64,000 nucleotides of DNA from Tubiluchus corallicola (lineage: Eukaryota; Animalia; Priapulida). This document shows positions 26,285 through 38,758 of this stretch, piece by piece (the first letter of the stretch is position 1; each line of letters opens with the position of its first letter). The translations under genes were made by a program, and so were the position numbers. The notes below the pieces were generated by a model. It was not told the DNA's origin. It saw nothing but the letters and a program-made list of their open reading frames with translations, and made no database searches. Where the stretch lies: assembly GCA_030141605.1 (NCBI GenBank), contig JAQGDQ010000326.1, positions 204,369 to 268,368 on the forward strand, given 5' to 3'.

Positions 26285-26371
26285 ATTACAGCTGTGTTTA
26301 TCTCTCTTGAGGGCAGATTTCTTTTATTTTAGAATTCTGCTTGTCCGAGTCTACAACAGACGTTTGAGCGT

Positions 26372-26411
<40 letters not shown>
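26285..26411 (+). mobile_element. 3' end of a retroposon with (GAT)n tail, copy 2
   Basis: Similar to 2340-2472; pure (GAT)n at about 26372-26411. Confidence 0.5.
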
Positions 26412-26412
<1 letters not shown>

Positions 26413-29099
26413 ATAAAGTTTTACCATGCTGTGTTTAGCTGACTAAGCCTTCCATTTTCCGCAAAAACACTTATAATAAACTTATGACCAGCCTTTAAAG
26501 TCGCCATGTTTACTTTGTGCGTTCTGGCGTTTATATATCTCGTATGCTGCTATACTACAGGATTCGAATGTTAAAAGTTAATGACGCGAGGTATACAGTA
26601 TATTATGAAGTATTCTGCGTTTTTGATATATAAATTAACCTAGTTAGCGATAGACTTCTATAATAAATTGCTGACAAAGCAATTAAAACGACTTGACTAA
26701 TTAAGCGCAAAAGTTCAAACTGTTGAATTAATTAGTGGATTCTGATCAATCATGCATTGCATTGTATTCTACTAATTGCTTTTGCTTCGCAGAATGCGCT
26801 CTAATTAACGCATTGATCATTAAAATTATTAGCCGTACAAAGCTTTCTTTTGTTAAATAAAATAATTTTCACTGTTGATTTAAATCTAGGTAATGGTACT
26901 GACATTAGTAAACAAAATGAATAAATAGTGGCCAGAGTTTATAAGACTGTTAATAGAAAAAAAACTGAAGCAGCCTAAGAAATAAATTGAAGCAATTGAA
27001 AGTACGTATGCCTCGAAGTTTGATTTGTTCACTGCTTACATGAAACTAGCAAACATTTAATCAACTTGAGTAAAACAAATTTTGTGAATCATATTTCCAA
27101 TATAAACGTTATATCAAGTGAAGTTTAATAATTCAAAGAAAAATGGAAGAGACGTTTGTTGATAATTCTGTATGCTTATATTCATCAAGTTAATTAAATT
27201 TACTTTTGTGTATTCATATACGCCAGCTTCGTGAATATTTCTGCAAGGGTCAAGAAAAACTACGTGAACGAACGCGTAATTTTGAGATTCCTTGTTGCAG
27301 GTGCTGAGGTTCTGATTTAATGGTACTAATGCTGCGGGTGCACAAGAATAGTGTTAAGGTTGAGGTCGTGGTCACTGAAGACTTACCGCTAAGAATTTAA
27401 AGATTCCACGTGCTTGGGTGACAAAAAACGTCACACATGCACATTTGTTCACATAGTGTTTCATATTTAATCTTTTACAACCCAATAGCTAGTAAGTTTA
27501 ACCTACGAGCAAAGAGAAAAATTGAAATTTGGCTGGGTGACGCAGAGACATGGAATACCTGACGGTAACGTAACGAAATGTAACATGAAATAAGATGAAA
27601 CGACCTGGCCATTTAAATATAAAGTTCATAGAACCTACTGTACTCAGCTTTTCATAAATTGCTACTGTTTAAAATTTTTGCGTAATCTTTAACAGAAATC
27701 AATTTAGCGCGCTGTGACAGAATATTTATAAAAACATTTTCTGGGAACATTCATAGCAAATACTGAAAAACTTTTATCAAGTTACAATAGAACTAGAACA
27801 TGGGAAACAGCTGTTGCCAAAGGTCAAGCGTTGACATCTATTGACGTTCCTCTTCAACTGTCCAAGGTTACAATCGAGGAGGAGCGAGGCACACACGATC
27901 TTAACCAAGTTCTACGTACGACCAGCTCCAAGAGAAAAGCTGGAAGAGGTGCTGTTGCAGATATTTATGAAAAAACTTCAATGTGCTAAACAAGAGAGTG
28001 GGTCGAGAAATGACATCGCGGAAATATGTGCAAGTATCAAAGACGATCAAGACAGTACCGGGCGAGTCTTTCACGAACGCCGATCCAAAAAAAATAATAC
28101 ACGCTTAAAGCAGAAGAAAGCCTGAATACCTTCAAGAAGTATACAAGAACATTCATGTGATGTTTGCATGAAGCTAAAAAATTCCTACTGTCTTATTGCT
28201 ACTTGTATTAGCAGCTACCTATATAAAACTTGAAATTTTAACTGCAACTATGACCATTAGACGCAGCAATTTTGACGATAGGTAATTCGAAACAATTTTA
28301 GATAATATTGGGTAAGTTTTGAAAAAGTAATCAGAGCATTCGTAGCGCACTTGTCACTAATTAAACAAAAGTTTAAATTACTTTTTGGCCAATAAGATCA
28401 ATAACGTGGTTTTTTGTTGGTAAATCAGTGGGATGATGATCCAGTGCCGTTTTATCAGAGGACACGAATATTTAAATTATCAAGAATTTTCTTTTCTAAT
28501 TACACGAGTCTTTCAAATACGTAAGCGAAATACAGAGTAACACTACTTTGTGTGGAAGTTTTTTTTTCGGATATACTTTAAAATCCCATTTTCTTCCCTT
28601 TTAAAGCTGCTGACCCTCTTCTCTGAATGTGTAGAATAAATCTTGTGGAATTTGTCAAAGTAAGTTTCTGCTTGACTGTGATTAAGGGGGGGGGGGCGCA
28701 AAACCCCTTTCCTGTTTGTGGCAGCACTAAACACAAATTCGAATAACTAATTTATGGTAAGGTGCACGAAGAGACTCCGCCGTAAGTTTAACTCAGGCAC
28801 AAGACAAACAGGCAAGATCAAGTTAAAGTTCGCGGCCATAATCTTTAAAACAGATTAGACGTCATAGTTATATATACTACGAGTGATCATCCTTATAAGC
28901 TATTTCTTCCTAGGTGCAACAAAACTCTGTCTTTGTTAGACTATATCGCTTAGGCACGGCTCTTCCTTCTCATGTTGTAATGGTTCCCTCTTTGGCTTCC
29001 TTAAAAACATCTTTAAGAAATTCTAATTTCACTAATCGTCTCAACATTTTTCGTTAGTTTAGAGGATGCTCTTCATAGTGATCCCCTGACTTCCGAAAG

Positions 29100-29322
29100 T
29101 ACATACAATTTGTTTATTTTTGCAATAGTCATTAACAATTAACAATCTGTATGGTTTATCTGTATGGCTGATTTATAAATTCTCACCACAGGTGCCCAAG
29201 TGTATTTTCTGCTTCCCTTGTTAGCGCTAGTTGCTCCAGCACTTTTATCGCTTTACTATTTATTTGTGCATTATTACTTTGTTAAAAGCGCAAATAAAAT
29301 TCATTCATTCATTCATTCATTT
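29100..29322 (+). mobile_element. Probable L2/CR1-type LINE 3' remnant
   Basis: AATAAA immediately followed by a (TTCA)n tail at about 29292-29320, typical of L2/CR1 3' ends; no intact ORF. Confidence 0.35.
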
Positions 29323-32300
29323 ATTAGTAAGAAGATATACTACCAATGCAATAATTATTTGTGCCTGCCGTATCTCACTTCGTGATTACTATCAGCATTG
29401 CTACTGTCATCGCCGCCCCGCCACTGTTACTTTTCGTAGTTACAAATTGGAGTCAAGAAACCAACAAAATACCTTAAGCCCGAATTTCTAATGCATGGAG
29501 TACTGTTCCTAAATTTCGTCGCGAATTATCATAGGACATGTTTACTGTTAGGCGTTTGTTGTGAAGTTTTCCAGTCGATTTGTAATTTTTTCAATTTTCA
29601 AATCTACATGTACATGGCGCTGACACATTCTTTTCCAACGTGTGCATAATACAAGTGCTTTAGCCGTTGATAAATTTTCTCTATTGCTTAGAAATTCACA
29701 TTTTAATAACACGGGAGAGGCAGAATTACACTCGTGCTTTGCTGCTTTTCAAAAGAGTTGATGATGAATGGACGAAAACGTTGAAATTAGCCAGAAGTTG
29801 ACAAGCAAAATTTCCTATTAATTTCACTTCGACTTGCAATCCATTGTGTAAAAGAATAAATGCTTCAAATTTTTCATTCGCGTGCATTCTTAATCATTTT
29901 TGTTTAAATTCGACTGTGGATTCGCAATATAGTTTCACGATATAGGTTTCTTGGTAATTGCAAGTAATGAATGCTCAGTAATTACAACCCACGAATACAT
30001 TTAATAACATAAATAATATAACGTTTGCAGAACGTCGTTAAATCGCGTTTTCATTTTGTCGAATATATGAGCATGGAAAGCCATTGAAACAAAGAAATTG
30101 CTTCTCCAGGAAACATTTACTGAAATTCATTTGAGAAAACGCGCGTCAATTTTTTTAATCTAATTTGTTTTGCGTGTTATGCACGCGCATGATTTAGCAA
30201 TGTATTGCATCTAGTTGACAAGAAGTGTATAACTTGCTCAAATAAACTATCATAATGCAGAACTTACAAAGTAATACTGTACTCAAATGTTCAATGATAT
30301 TGCTCAAGTACAAACTAGCTTAGATGTACTCGCATAGATGTAAATATTCTTTCTAACGATTATGATAGATATCAAAAGTGACGTTTCGACTGTATTTGCG
30401 ATATTAAGTAAATAGTTTTGTCTTTTCTATTGTTTGTATTTGCTGTAAAATATGGGCGAGCACATAATACGTGATAATAATAACAAATTAGTGATTTGGC
30501 ATAATGTGTAATAATTTTAATAGCGGCTAATGTATTTTTCTGATTGTAATTTTGACAGTCTTAGTAACATTGTATTACACGTATATTTGACATTGTATCA
30601 TTAATGTATCAGCGCATATATCCTATGTAAGCAAGTATGTATGTATGTATCCTATTCTTATAATTAAGCTAAAACTTTGCCTGCAACTAGACGCCCATTT
30701 AGGTAAATTATGTCATTTAAAATGAAAGTTTAATTTTCATCATTACAAAGCAGAATTGTAATAAAAACATGCGAACAATCTTAAAAAATAATTATGTTTG
30801 TGTAATTATAAATCATTTGTCTTAAGCGTATATGTCTCTGATTCTTACTATCATGTAGGTGTTGACAAATGAGAATCACGAAAAGAAACCAATTACTATA
30901 GACAGTCCTGGAATAACTATTGAACAAAATAAGCACGTGTTTCAGGCTATAGGGGAAAAGACCCCTTACACATTTTAATAAGCTGCTCTGTCTTTACTGG
31001 TATCCATTTCGCATATAAATATGCTGAATGGCCGTCATTTTATAAGATTTAGAGTACTCTCTGTATTTTTAATCAAATATTACTTTCTTGCATTTACTGA
31101 AAATAAATCTTACTGCAAGTTTTTTTCATTTCGAAAAATAAATTTCATTTTACATTTTAACATTATTTTTATTCTGAATTACACATTTATGAGGTACCGT
31201 GACCTTTTCGATGCTTAGGGCCTACTGAGATATTAATCTTGCCCTGACAATATTTGCTAAGAATTCCATTGAAATGTTAAATCTGATACGAAGCCATTCA
31301 GTATTCATATTAGCATAAATAACTCAAAAACAATGATAAAAATCTGTTACTAAAGTTCACTAAATTCTATAATTATAATTTTATAATTTCAAAATTAACA
31401 AAACAATGACGATCACATCTATTAAAAAAATTATATCGTCCTGCTTTCAATTAATTTAAACAGTGTCAAAAAAAAATTAAAAATGCTCTACTAACAAAAT
31501 TCGCAGGACGACACTTTATCATGGTAAACTAATCGACAAACTAGAACGATAACTCGACATTTCTTTGTTAATCTAGTCAAGTTAATCTGCGTCAATAATA
31601 TAAGCAGTTTGTCGACTTTTCCAGTTTCCTCTTGAGGGCGTGCACCGAGTGTGTGAGTGACAACGGCCACAATAGGCAATTAGTAGAAATTTGTTTTTTA
31701 CATGGATGCATAAAAATTGCATGTAGTATAATGTTTCCATAATGGTCCATGCGATTAGTGATGTTAAGAATGAAGTGGCTTAAAATAAGGGGTGTCTTCT
31801 GTGAACAAGATAATGCAGGCTCCTCAGTAGGGGTGAGCATTCTCTGCCAGAAATCGAATTAGGATCGAATAGAATTTGTAACTTTCGAATTCGACAGTAA
31901 AATTATTGTCAATGAATGCCTTAAAATTTTAATGAATCCTAATTGAATCAAATTTTAAGTGATCAATTGATGTTGTATTTTTTGAACAAATTTATGGTTT
32001 TATAGTTTATACTTAACTTACAAAAAAGAGTGATGTGAATTTAAGTTTGATTACACATTTGTCAGCTGAGAATTGCTTAGTGATTAAACTGAAACGCCCT
32101 GTTTTAAACTACTAACAGCAGTATAATGCAGATTTTTATCGATAAATTTTGTAGGAAGCCTACTGAATACTGAATAGGCCTACTAATCCTATAAAGATCT
32201 CTAGATTCATATTAGATTTAGATTTTATTTCTCACTAATTGCAATGCACATTCAATGATATGAGACAATAATTACAAAATGACATGCCAAAAAACAAACT

Positions 32301-32520
32301 GCTCACAATAAAATACTTCAATGTGTGCTGAAAGAAAATCTTGTAAACAAAACATTGATAATGAGAAAGTGTCAGGCAAAACAAGGCAGGGTTTAAAATT
32401 AGGATGTGTATAGAAAATAATTCGATTAGAGGTGCAGGTTAGTCAAGATAGGTTAAGTTACGTAAGTAACATGTACATTATATACAAGAAACCTCGTGAG
32501 ATTTTAAATACATTACATTA

Positions 32521-32889
32521 TGTTGTGTTTTGTTTCTCTCGGAAGGCTCTTAGAGAAAACCAGAAAACACTTCGTCAAATTAAACTAGTTTATTAAGCGA
32601 GAATTCTACAACACAAAAGTATGAAGGAACGCGAAATGATTACACTAAATGTGAAAATCTGGAAAATGTTTGAGTGTATCTAAAAATACAAGTATACAAG
32701 AGAATGGGTAAATGGCGTCCGTGTGAATCTGTGTGTGTCTATCAGTGGCCTGCTTCGCCTTATATAGGGTGCCAGGGAACATTCTAGACATTTCTTTCTA
32801 GAACATTCTACAAGATAAGACGATTATTCTAATGGAACATTGTACAATGTTCTATTTAATTCTCATAGATGCCAGCGATTTCCACAACA
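32521..32889 (-). repeat. 3' LTR (369 bp)
   Basis: Aligns with 36893-37229 apart from scattered substitutions and a 34-bp indel. Confidence 0.95.
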
Positions 32890-32899
32890 CCTCCCCACC

Positions 32900-35809
32900 G
32901 AAATTGATGCTGTCTTCAAAGCATCAGCAACAAAGTCTCTCTCAGCTGGGGTTGTCCGGTCCATATTCTGGCACAGGCGGCTTGGTCTCGGATATGGGCT
33001 GAGGTGCTCCAGTCTGCTTCAGGGTTTCGGGCAGTTCTTCCAGGATCCATTGGATGATCAGGTGGAAGCTCAGAAGTAAAGTCCTTCTCATCACCAGGTT
33101 CGTAGTCCTCTGCAAAAGCGTAGCACGTACGTAGCTGTTCCCAGTGTCGTCTCCACACTGGACCATGAGGAAAGACCTTAACATTGAAGCAGCGCACACC
33201 CAAAGCTTTCTTTATGACCGCTGGTACCCATCGGGGATGTCCGTCTCGACGAGGTCTATAGTACAGGGCATAGACAGGCTTTCCAGCCTTGTACTGCTTG
33301 GTGACCTTGGCAACACCTCCCGAGATGACTCCTTGGATTGCTTGCCCTAAGCAGCGTGCGCTGGCGAGGGTAGCAAGCAGTCGATCCTTGTCCGTATCTG
33401 CCGGGACATCAAGAGTTCACTCGGAGAGAATCCACAGGATGTCGGTGTTCTCCGGTACTGCATCAGAAACTCTTGAAGAGCTCGCTTCGGGACAGAGAAG
33501 ACTTTCTGAGTGCTTGCTTAAATGTCTGCACCAATCGTTCCGCTGCTCCGTTGGTAGCTGGATGGTATGGTGCTCCTGTGAGATGGCTTGTTCTGATGTG
33601 ATGAGTCACATCGTCAGCTAGCCATTTCGATAGCCGCATCGATACTGGGCCAGTAGACAGCAGTTCTTGCCAACTGTTTCATGCGTTCCATGCCGAAGTG
33701 CCCGATATGCAGTAGATCCAGGATCTTGGACTGCAGGCTCTGTGGAATCACAACTCTTGATCCATGGATGAGGCATCCGTGGCAGATACTGAGTGAATCC
33801 GACAACTTCCGGAACTTTTCGACTTCTCGGTTGATCTCAGCGTGCTTGGCCATCCTTCTCGGACGTAGCGCATGACCATAGCTAGCACTGGATCTTTCCC
33901 TGACTCTTGTCGGGGATGTTGGCGTCCACAGGCTTGACTTGAAGACTGAGAACTTTAATGGCACACACCATGTCCATGTCTTCACCATTTTCCTCCCTGT
34001 CGAAGTCGTTGTCGTCTCCAGATGGGAAGCGACTAACGGCATCTGCATTGCCGTGATCTGCTGTTTTCCGGTACTCGATTTTGTAGTCAAACTGGTTTAG
34101 CCCCAGGGCCCACCGAGCTAGACGATTAGCTACAAGAAGTGGCGTCCCTTTCTTCGGTCCGAAGAGTGAAGTTAGTGGCTTATGATCAGTCACCAGTGTG
34201 AAATGAGACCCGTAGCGGTACTGGTAGAATTTCCGTAAGCCGAGGATAATAGCTAGGGCTTCCTTATGTATTTGGCTGTAGTTCCTTTCTGCAGCTGTGA
34301 GAGTCTTGGACACATTGGCAATTGGGCACTCGCTTCCGCCAGGATAGCGATGAAACTGGACAGCTCCAATTCCAATGTTGGACGCGTCACAAGCCAATCC
34401 CAGAGGCTTGTCTGGGTCGAAATGCACAAGGACTTGATCTGAGGATAGCACATTTTTCAAAAGTTGAAATACTGTTTGCTCCTCATCTCCCCACTCCCAG
34501 GGGACTGTCTTCTTGGTCAAGTGGTAAAGAGGCTCTGCCATAGTAGCCAAGTTTGGGATGAACTTCCCGTAGAACTGAACCGAGCCTAAGAAAGACTTGA
34601 AGCTTGAGACGTCTGTAAGAGGTGGCATCTTCATGACTGCCTCGACCTTGGATCCTTTCGCAACTCCTTCGGCCGATAAGGTGTGTCCAAGATATTCAAT
34701 ACTTGGTTGTGCGAACAAGCACTTTTTACGACAACATCTGAGTCCTTTGTCGTTCAGATGAGTGAGCAAGCGTCTCACGTTGCTCAGGTGATCATTTGCA
34801 TCTTGCCCGCTGACGAGCATATCATCTTGGAAGACAGCGACTCCAGGCAGATCACTGGTCAGGTTGCCCATGATCTCCTGAAAGTAACCAGGCGCTGACT
34901 TGATTCCGAAAGGAAGTCGTTGCCGCAGGAGTACACCACTGTGGGTACTGAGAGCTAGCCTGCGTTGACTCTCGGGTGCCAGCTTGATCTGGTTATAGGC
35001 ATCAGCAAGGTCGATCTTCGTGTAGCCGTATCCGCCTCCCAGCTTCTGCATCAGTTCCTCTGGGAGTGGCATCGGATGACGGTGGTCCTTTAGCTGATTG
35101 TTGATGCCGACTGAGTAGTCACCACAGATCCGCAATTTGGGCTTCTGAGTGCCCGGAGTGTAAGCTTTACGAATCGGTACCACTGGCATTCCGTATTTGT
35201 TGAACTGGACTGGTTTCCAGACACCTTTGGCGATGCCTTCTTCGTAACCTTTGGCCAGGTCATCTCGAAGAGCGAATGGAACCAGTCGTGCCTTGTGAAA
35301 AACCGGCTTCGTGTCAGACTTGAACTTCACTTCCTGTTCGAAGTCCTTAAAACACCCCAATTCTTCTTTGAAGAGATCTGGGAACTCGCCACACAGGTTG
35401 TGGCAATCTTGTTCCAAGGAAGCATAAGACGTGTAACAGGTTCTGGATGTGATGTTTTTACACCCTTGCTCTTGTCTTGACTCTCTATGCTTCTCAGTCC
35501 TAGAGCATTGTCCACAGAAATTCCCAGCTTCTGGATAGCATTTCGTCCTAGCAGGTTCAGGTCATGGATCTTGGTGATGATGTAAGGATTTGAGCTTTGT
35601 TTGCCAGTCTTTGGATCCTTGCTCTGGCCCATGAAAGTTCCCAGCACAGGCAGGTCCTGCTTGCTGGCAGACTCGTAGCCATGTCTGACGTCATCCAGCT
35701 TTGGCTTTCCTAGATGTTTCCAGACCGGCACCGAAACAAAATTTCCCGAGGTTGCAGTGTCAAGTTCCATCTTGAACTGTTGGTCTTGGATGTTGACTTT
35801 GACATCCAA
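32900..35809 (-). pseudogene. pol: Retrotransposon pol (protease, RT, RNase H, integrase), frameshifted with a deletion in the integrase core
   Basis: Protease MELDTATSGNF (35327-35809); RT KIDLADAYNQI..RLPFGIKSAPGYFQ..VFQDDMLV and RNase H LACDASNIGIG (33882-35417); integrase LHIGHFGMERMKQLARTAVYWP and HLTGAPYHPATNGAAERLVQTFK. Confidence 0.93.
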
Positions 35810-35899
35810 ACTAGGAGAATCTTCGGGAACTTCACCGAGGATCGCATTGACAAGCTCATCTTTTTATTCTCCTCACGGACTTTCCAGATTTTTGGTCTC

Positions 35900-36832
35900 G
35901 TTGCTGTCGTTGCTTCTTCATGCAAACAGCCTCCAAATGTCCTTTCTTGTCATAGAAATGGCACTTGGCATCTTTTTAGGGACAGTCAGGCACTTTGTAG
36001 GCCTTTCCACAACGGTTGCACTTTGTATCCATGTCTGTGGAATGTCACTGCTGATGGTTCTTTCGTTGACCCTTGTTCTGGTTCAGCTTGACTTTGTTGA
36101 CGGGCCTGGTCTTGGAACCGTAAACAGTTTCCTTGACAGCCTTTGCCGCGTCTTCAGTCTCGGTAGTGATTTGGATAGCACGGGCGAAAGTCAAATCTTC
36201 ATCCTTGATTTTGAAGATAGCCTTCAAAACAGCTTCGTTGTTGATAGAGCATCTGAATCTCTGTCTCAGAGCTTCATCTTGTGGGTCTTGGATTGAAGAA
36301 AAGTCACAGGTAGCAGCAGCGTCTTGGCATATGCGGGCTGCTAACTCCTGGGGAGTTTCGCCTGGCTTCCGTTGCATGTCACTCCAGAACTTGAAACGTT
36401 CTCGCACAATGAAGAGTTTCGGGTCAAACTGTTCCTTCATAAACTCGATAATTTCGTCAATTGTCAGTTCGTTGATATCCTTGGATGGAGACTGTTGAGT
36501 CGCTAGATTTGCCAGTTTTTGTAGATGGCAGCAGTCTGATTTGTTAGAAAAACTTGAGCCTTGCGTTGGTCAGGCACTGTGTTGGCTGCCACGAAGGTAC
36601 AAAATCTTGACCAGTAGTCAGGCCACAGTTCAGAAGTTGGATCAAAAGCAGCAAATGGTGGAACTGCAGCTGTAAGAGCTGATGCAGGGGGAAGGTGGGC
36701 ACTTGAGCTGGAATTCTCTTCAAGAGTTCGAGCCTGAAGCAGCTTCCTCATAGCGTCCATATCTTCTTTGTGTTGCTGCGCCAATTTGTTCCCGGAGGAG
36801 CTTGATAAGTTTGCCCATCTGCTCTGCCATCA
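35900..36832 (-). pseudogene. gag: Retrotransposon gag, frameshifted
   Basis: PFAAFDPTSELWPDYWSRFCTF and ERFKFWSDMQRKPGET..CDF motifs typical of Mag-clade Gag, split across ORFs 36503..36784 and 36045..36440. Confidence 0.85.
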
Positions 36833-36892
36833 TTGCTTGAATAAACAACTGTCCACTGAGTTACCAAGGATCCTGTCGACTGCGCCAATATT

Positions 36893-37229
36893 TGTTGTGT
36901 TTTGTTTCTATCGGAAGGCTCCTAGAGAAAACCAGAAAACACTTCATCAAATTGAACTAGTTTATTAAGCGAGAATTCTACAACACAAGAGTATGAAGGA
37001 ACACGAAATGATTACAGTAAACGTGAAAATCTGGAAAATGTTTAAGTGTATCTGAAAATACAAGTATACAAGAGAATCTGTAAGTATACGTCCGTGCGAA
37101 ATCTGCGTGTGTCTGTCAGCGGCCTGCTTCGCCTTATATAGCATGCCAGGGAACATTCTAGACGTTTCTATCTAGAACATTCTACAATGTTCTATTTAAT
37201 TTTAATAGATGCCAGCGATCTCCACAACA
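36893..37229 (-). repeat. 5' LTR (337 bp)
   Basis: Followed on the minus strand by the PBS; ends flush with the TSD CATTA. Confidence 0.95.
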
Positions 37230-38758
37230 CATTATTATACGTACATAATGCATTATGCATTGCACAACTGCTAGCAAAAATAAACATGATAGACCACTCT
37301 ATAAGCTAGCCTACCTAAAGAACTGACTAACATTAGATAAAATTTGAAAAACAAATTTGAAAAGCATATGTGGTGTAGAAACTAGTAATTAAGTATGCAA
37401 GTTAGAGAACGATAAAGGCAGAAATTTTTTGCGGGATGGAATCATGGAAAAAAGACGTGGCCATAGCGGTGTCACTGGCGATCTCTTCTGCTAAGCAAAT
37501 CATAGAGATTTCCCGCATTGGTTAGTGTTATCATTTACCAACATGACGATATATCCCGTGTAATGTTCTAAAAACACATTAATTATCATTACGTGTCACT
37601 AAATTATTAGTTTGGTCTCATGTTTCAACTTACCTACGCAAAATATAAAAAAATCAATTTCACAATTTAGTTTTTGTCACTGTGTATGCCAGAATTTTGG
37701 TGGTAGTGCGCGCAGGGATTATGAATGATTAGTGGAGTGTTGGCGATCATTTAATTTTGTGTGAACCGTTATTCAATGCTAAAATTGTAGCCACAGGAGA
37801 TTATTCATCAGCCTCTTGATAGACAAGAGATAAAAGTTTTCGGGTTCGATGACTGAATCTTCTTTAAATTATCAGGTAAGGGCAATGTATAAAGGACTTA
37901 ATGGTCATGTTATATTGCCCTCGCATTTTGAAAATTTTTGTATTTTGTTATAATTTGTTGTACAGTTTTATCCGTGTATGTGAAATAAAACAATTTAAAT
38001 CTTAAATCTTTAAATTGGTTAAAATTTTAACATCTGTTGTTCACATTACTGACATAATCAGTGAATACTCTGGTTCATTTGTAATATTCAATAACATGCT
38101 TTCTTTTATCCGTATAAAATCAGTAGTCCAATCTCACTCTGTACTTAGTCTTTCTTTTTCAATACTTTCTTATGATTTCTGTTACTGTTAGTTTGTCACA
38201 TGCAAATTGTAGATTGTTTATTCAGTCCATAAGCGATTGTTCTAGCTTGATAGCTGTCGGTGAATCATGTATAATTAATGTTGGTTTTATTTGTTCTTTA
38301 TATCTTGACTTTGTCCTGAGTGGCAGTTTGCGTTAAAATAATCGTTCTTTACATTTCGACGTCAGAAGTCTCTCGACAAAATGTTCACTCAGATGCTTTA
38401 ATAAACACACAAGAGTTGTGCTGTTTGTCACAATGAAAAATTTTCTCACAAAAACTGAAAAGGAGTTTAATATTAAAGACATTTGGTTGTACCATTTGCT
38501 ACATTATTTGCTTTTTTTATTCTAGAATTCCACTGTTTGCTTATTACAAGTGTTGGATCTAGCCTTGCGTCTAGTATTGCAAATGTTAGATTTTCACATT
38601 TGGGATTTTCTCCTTTTTGCATTGAGTTGCTTGTTACTTGCTGCTATAACATGTTATTCTAAATCATTCACATGTTAAATTACTTTCTTTTGCTTGTTAA
38701 ATTAGTTTATAACAACCTTTTTTTATTTTTGAAGGCAAAATACACATAAGGTCTACCA

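Larger units (their letters stand above)
32521..37229 (-). mobile_element. Ty3/Gypsy LTR retrotransposon (Mag/K02A2.6-like), both LTRs present but defective
   Basis: Two LTRs TGTTGTG...CACAACA; 5-bp TSD CATTA (32516-32520 and 37230-37234); PBS TGGCGCAGTCGACAGGAT (tRNA-Ser-like) at about 36870-36887; PPT GGTGGGGAGG next to the left LTR; domain order gag-PR-RT-RH-IN. Confidence 0.96.

Noticed and set aside
27731-28125. Purine-rich open frames (SSYNRTRTWETAVAKG..., the 94-aa ORF and a short MGNSCC peptide)
   Set aside because: No recognisable domain or consistent splice structure; possibly a decayed transposase, cannot be supported
32840-36968. Plus-strand ORFs inside the LTR element
   Set aside because: Antisense shadows of gag-pol
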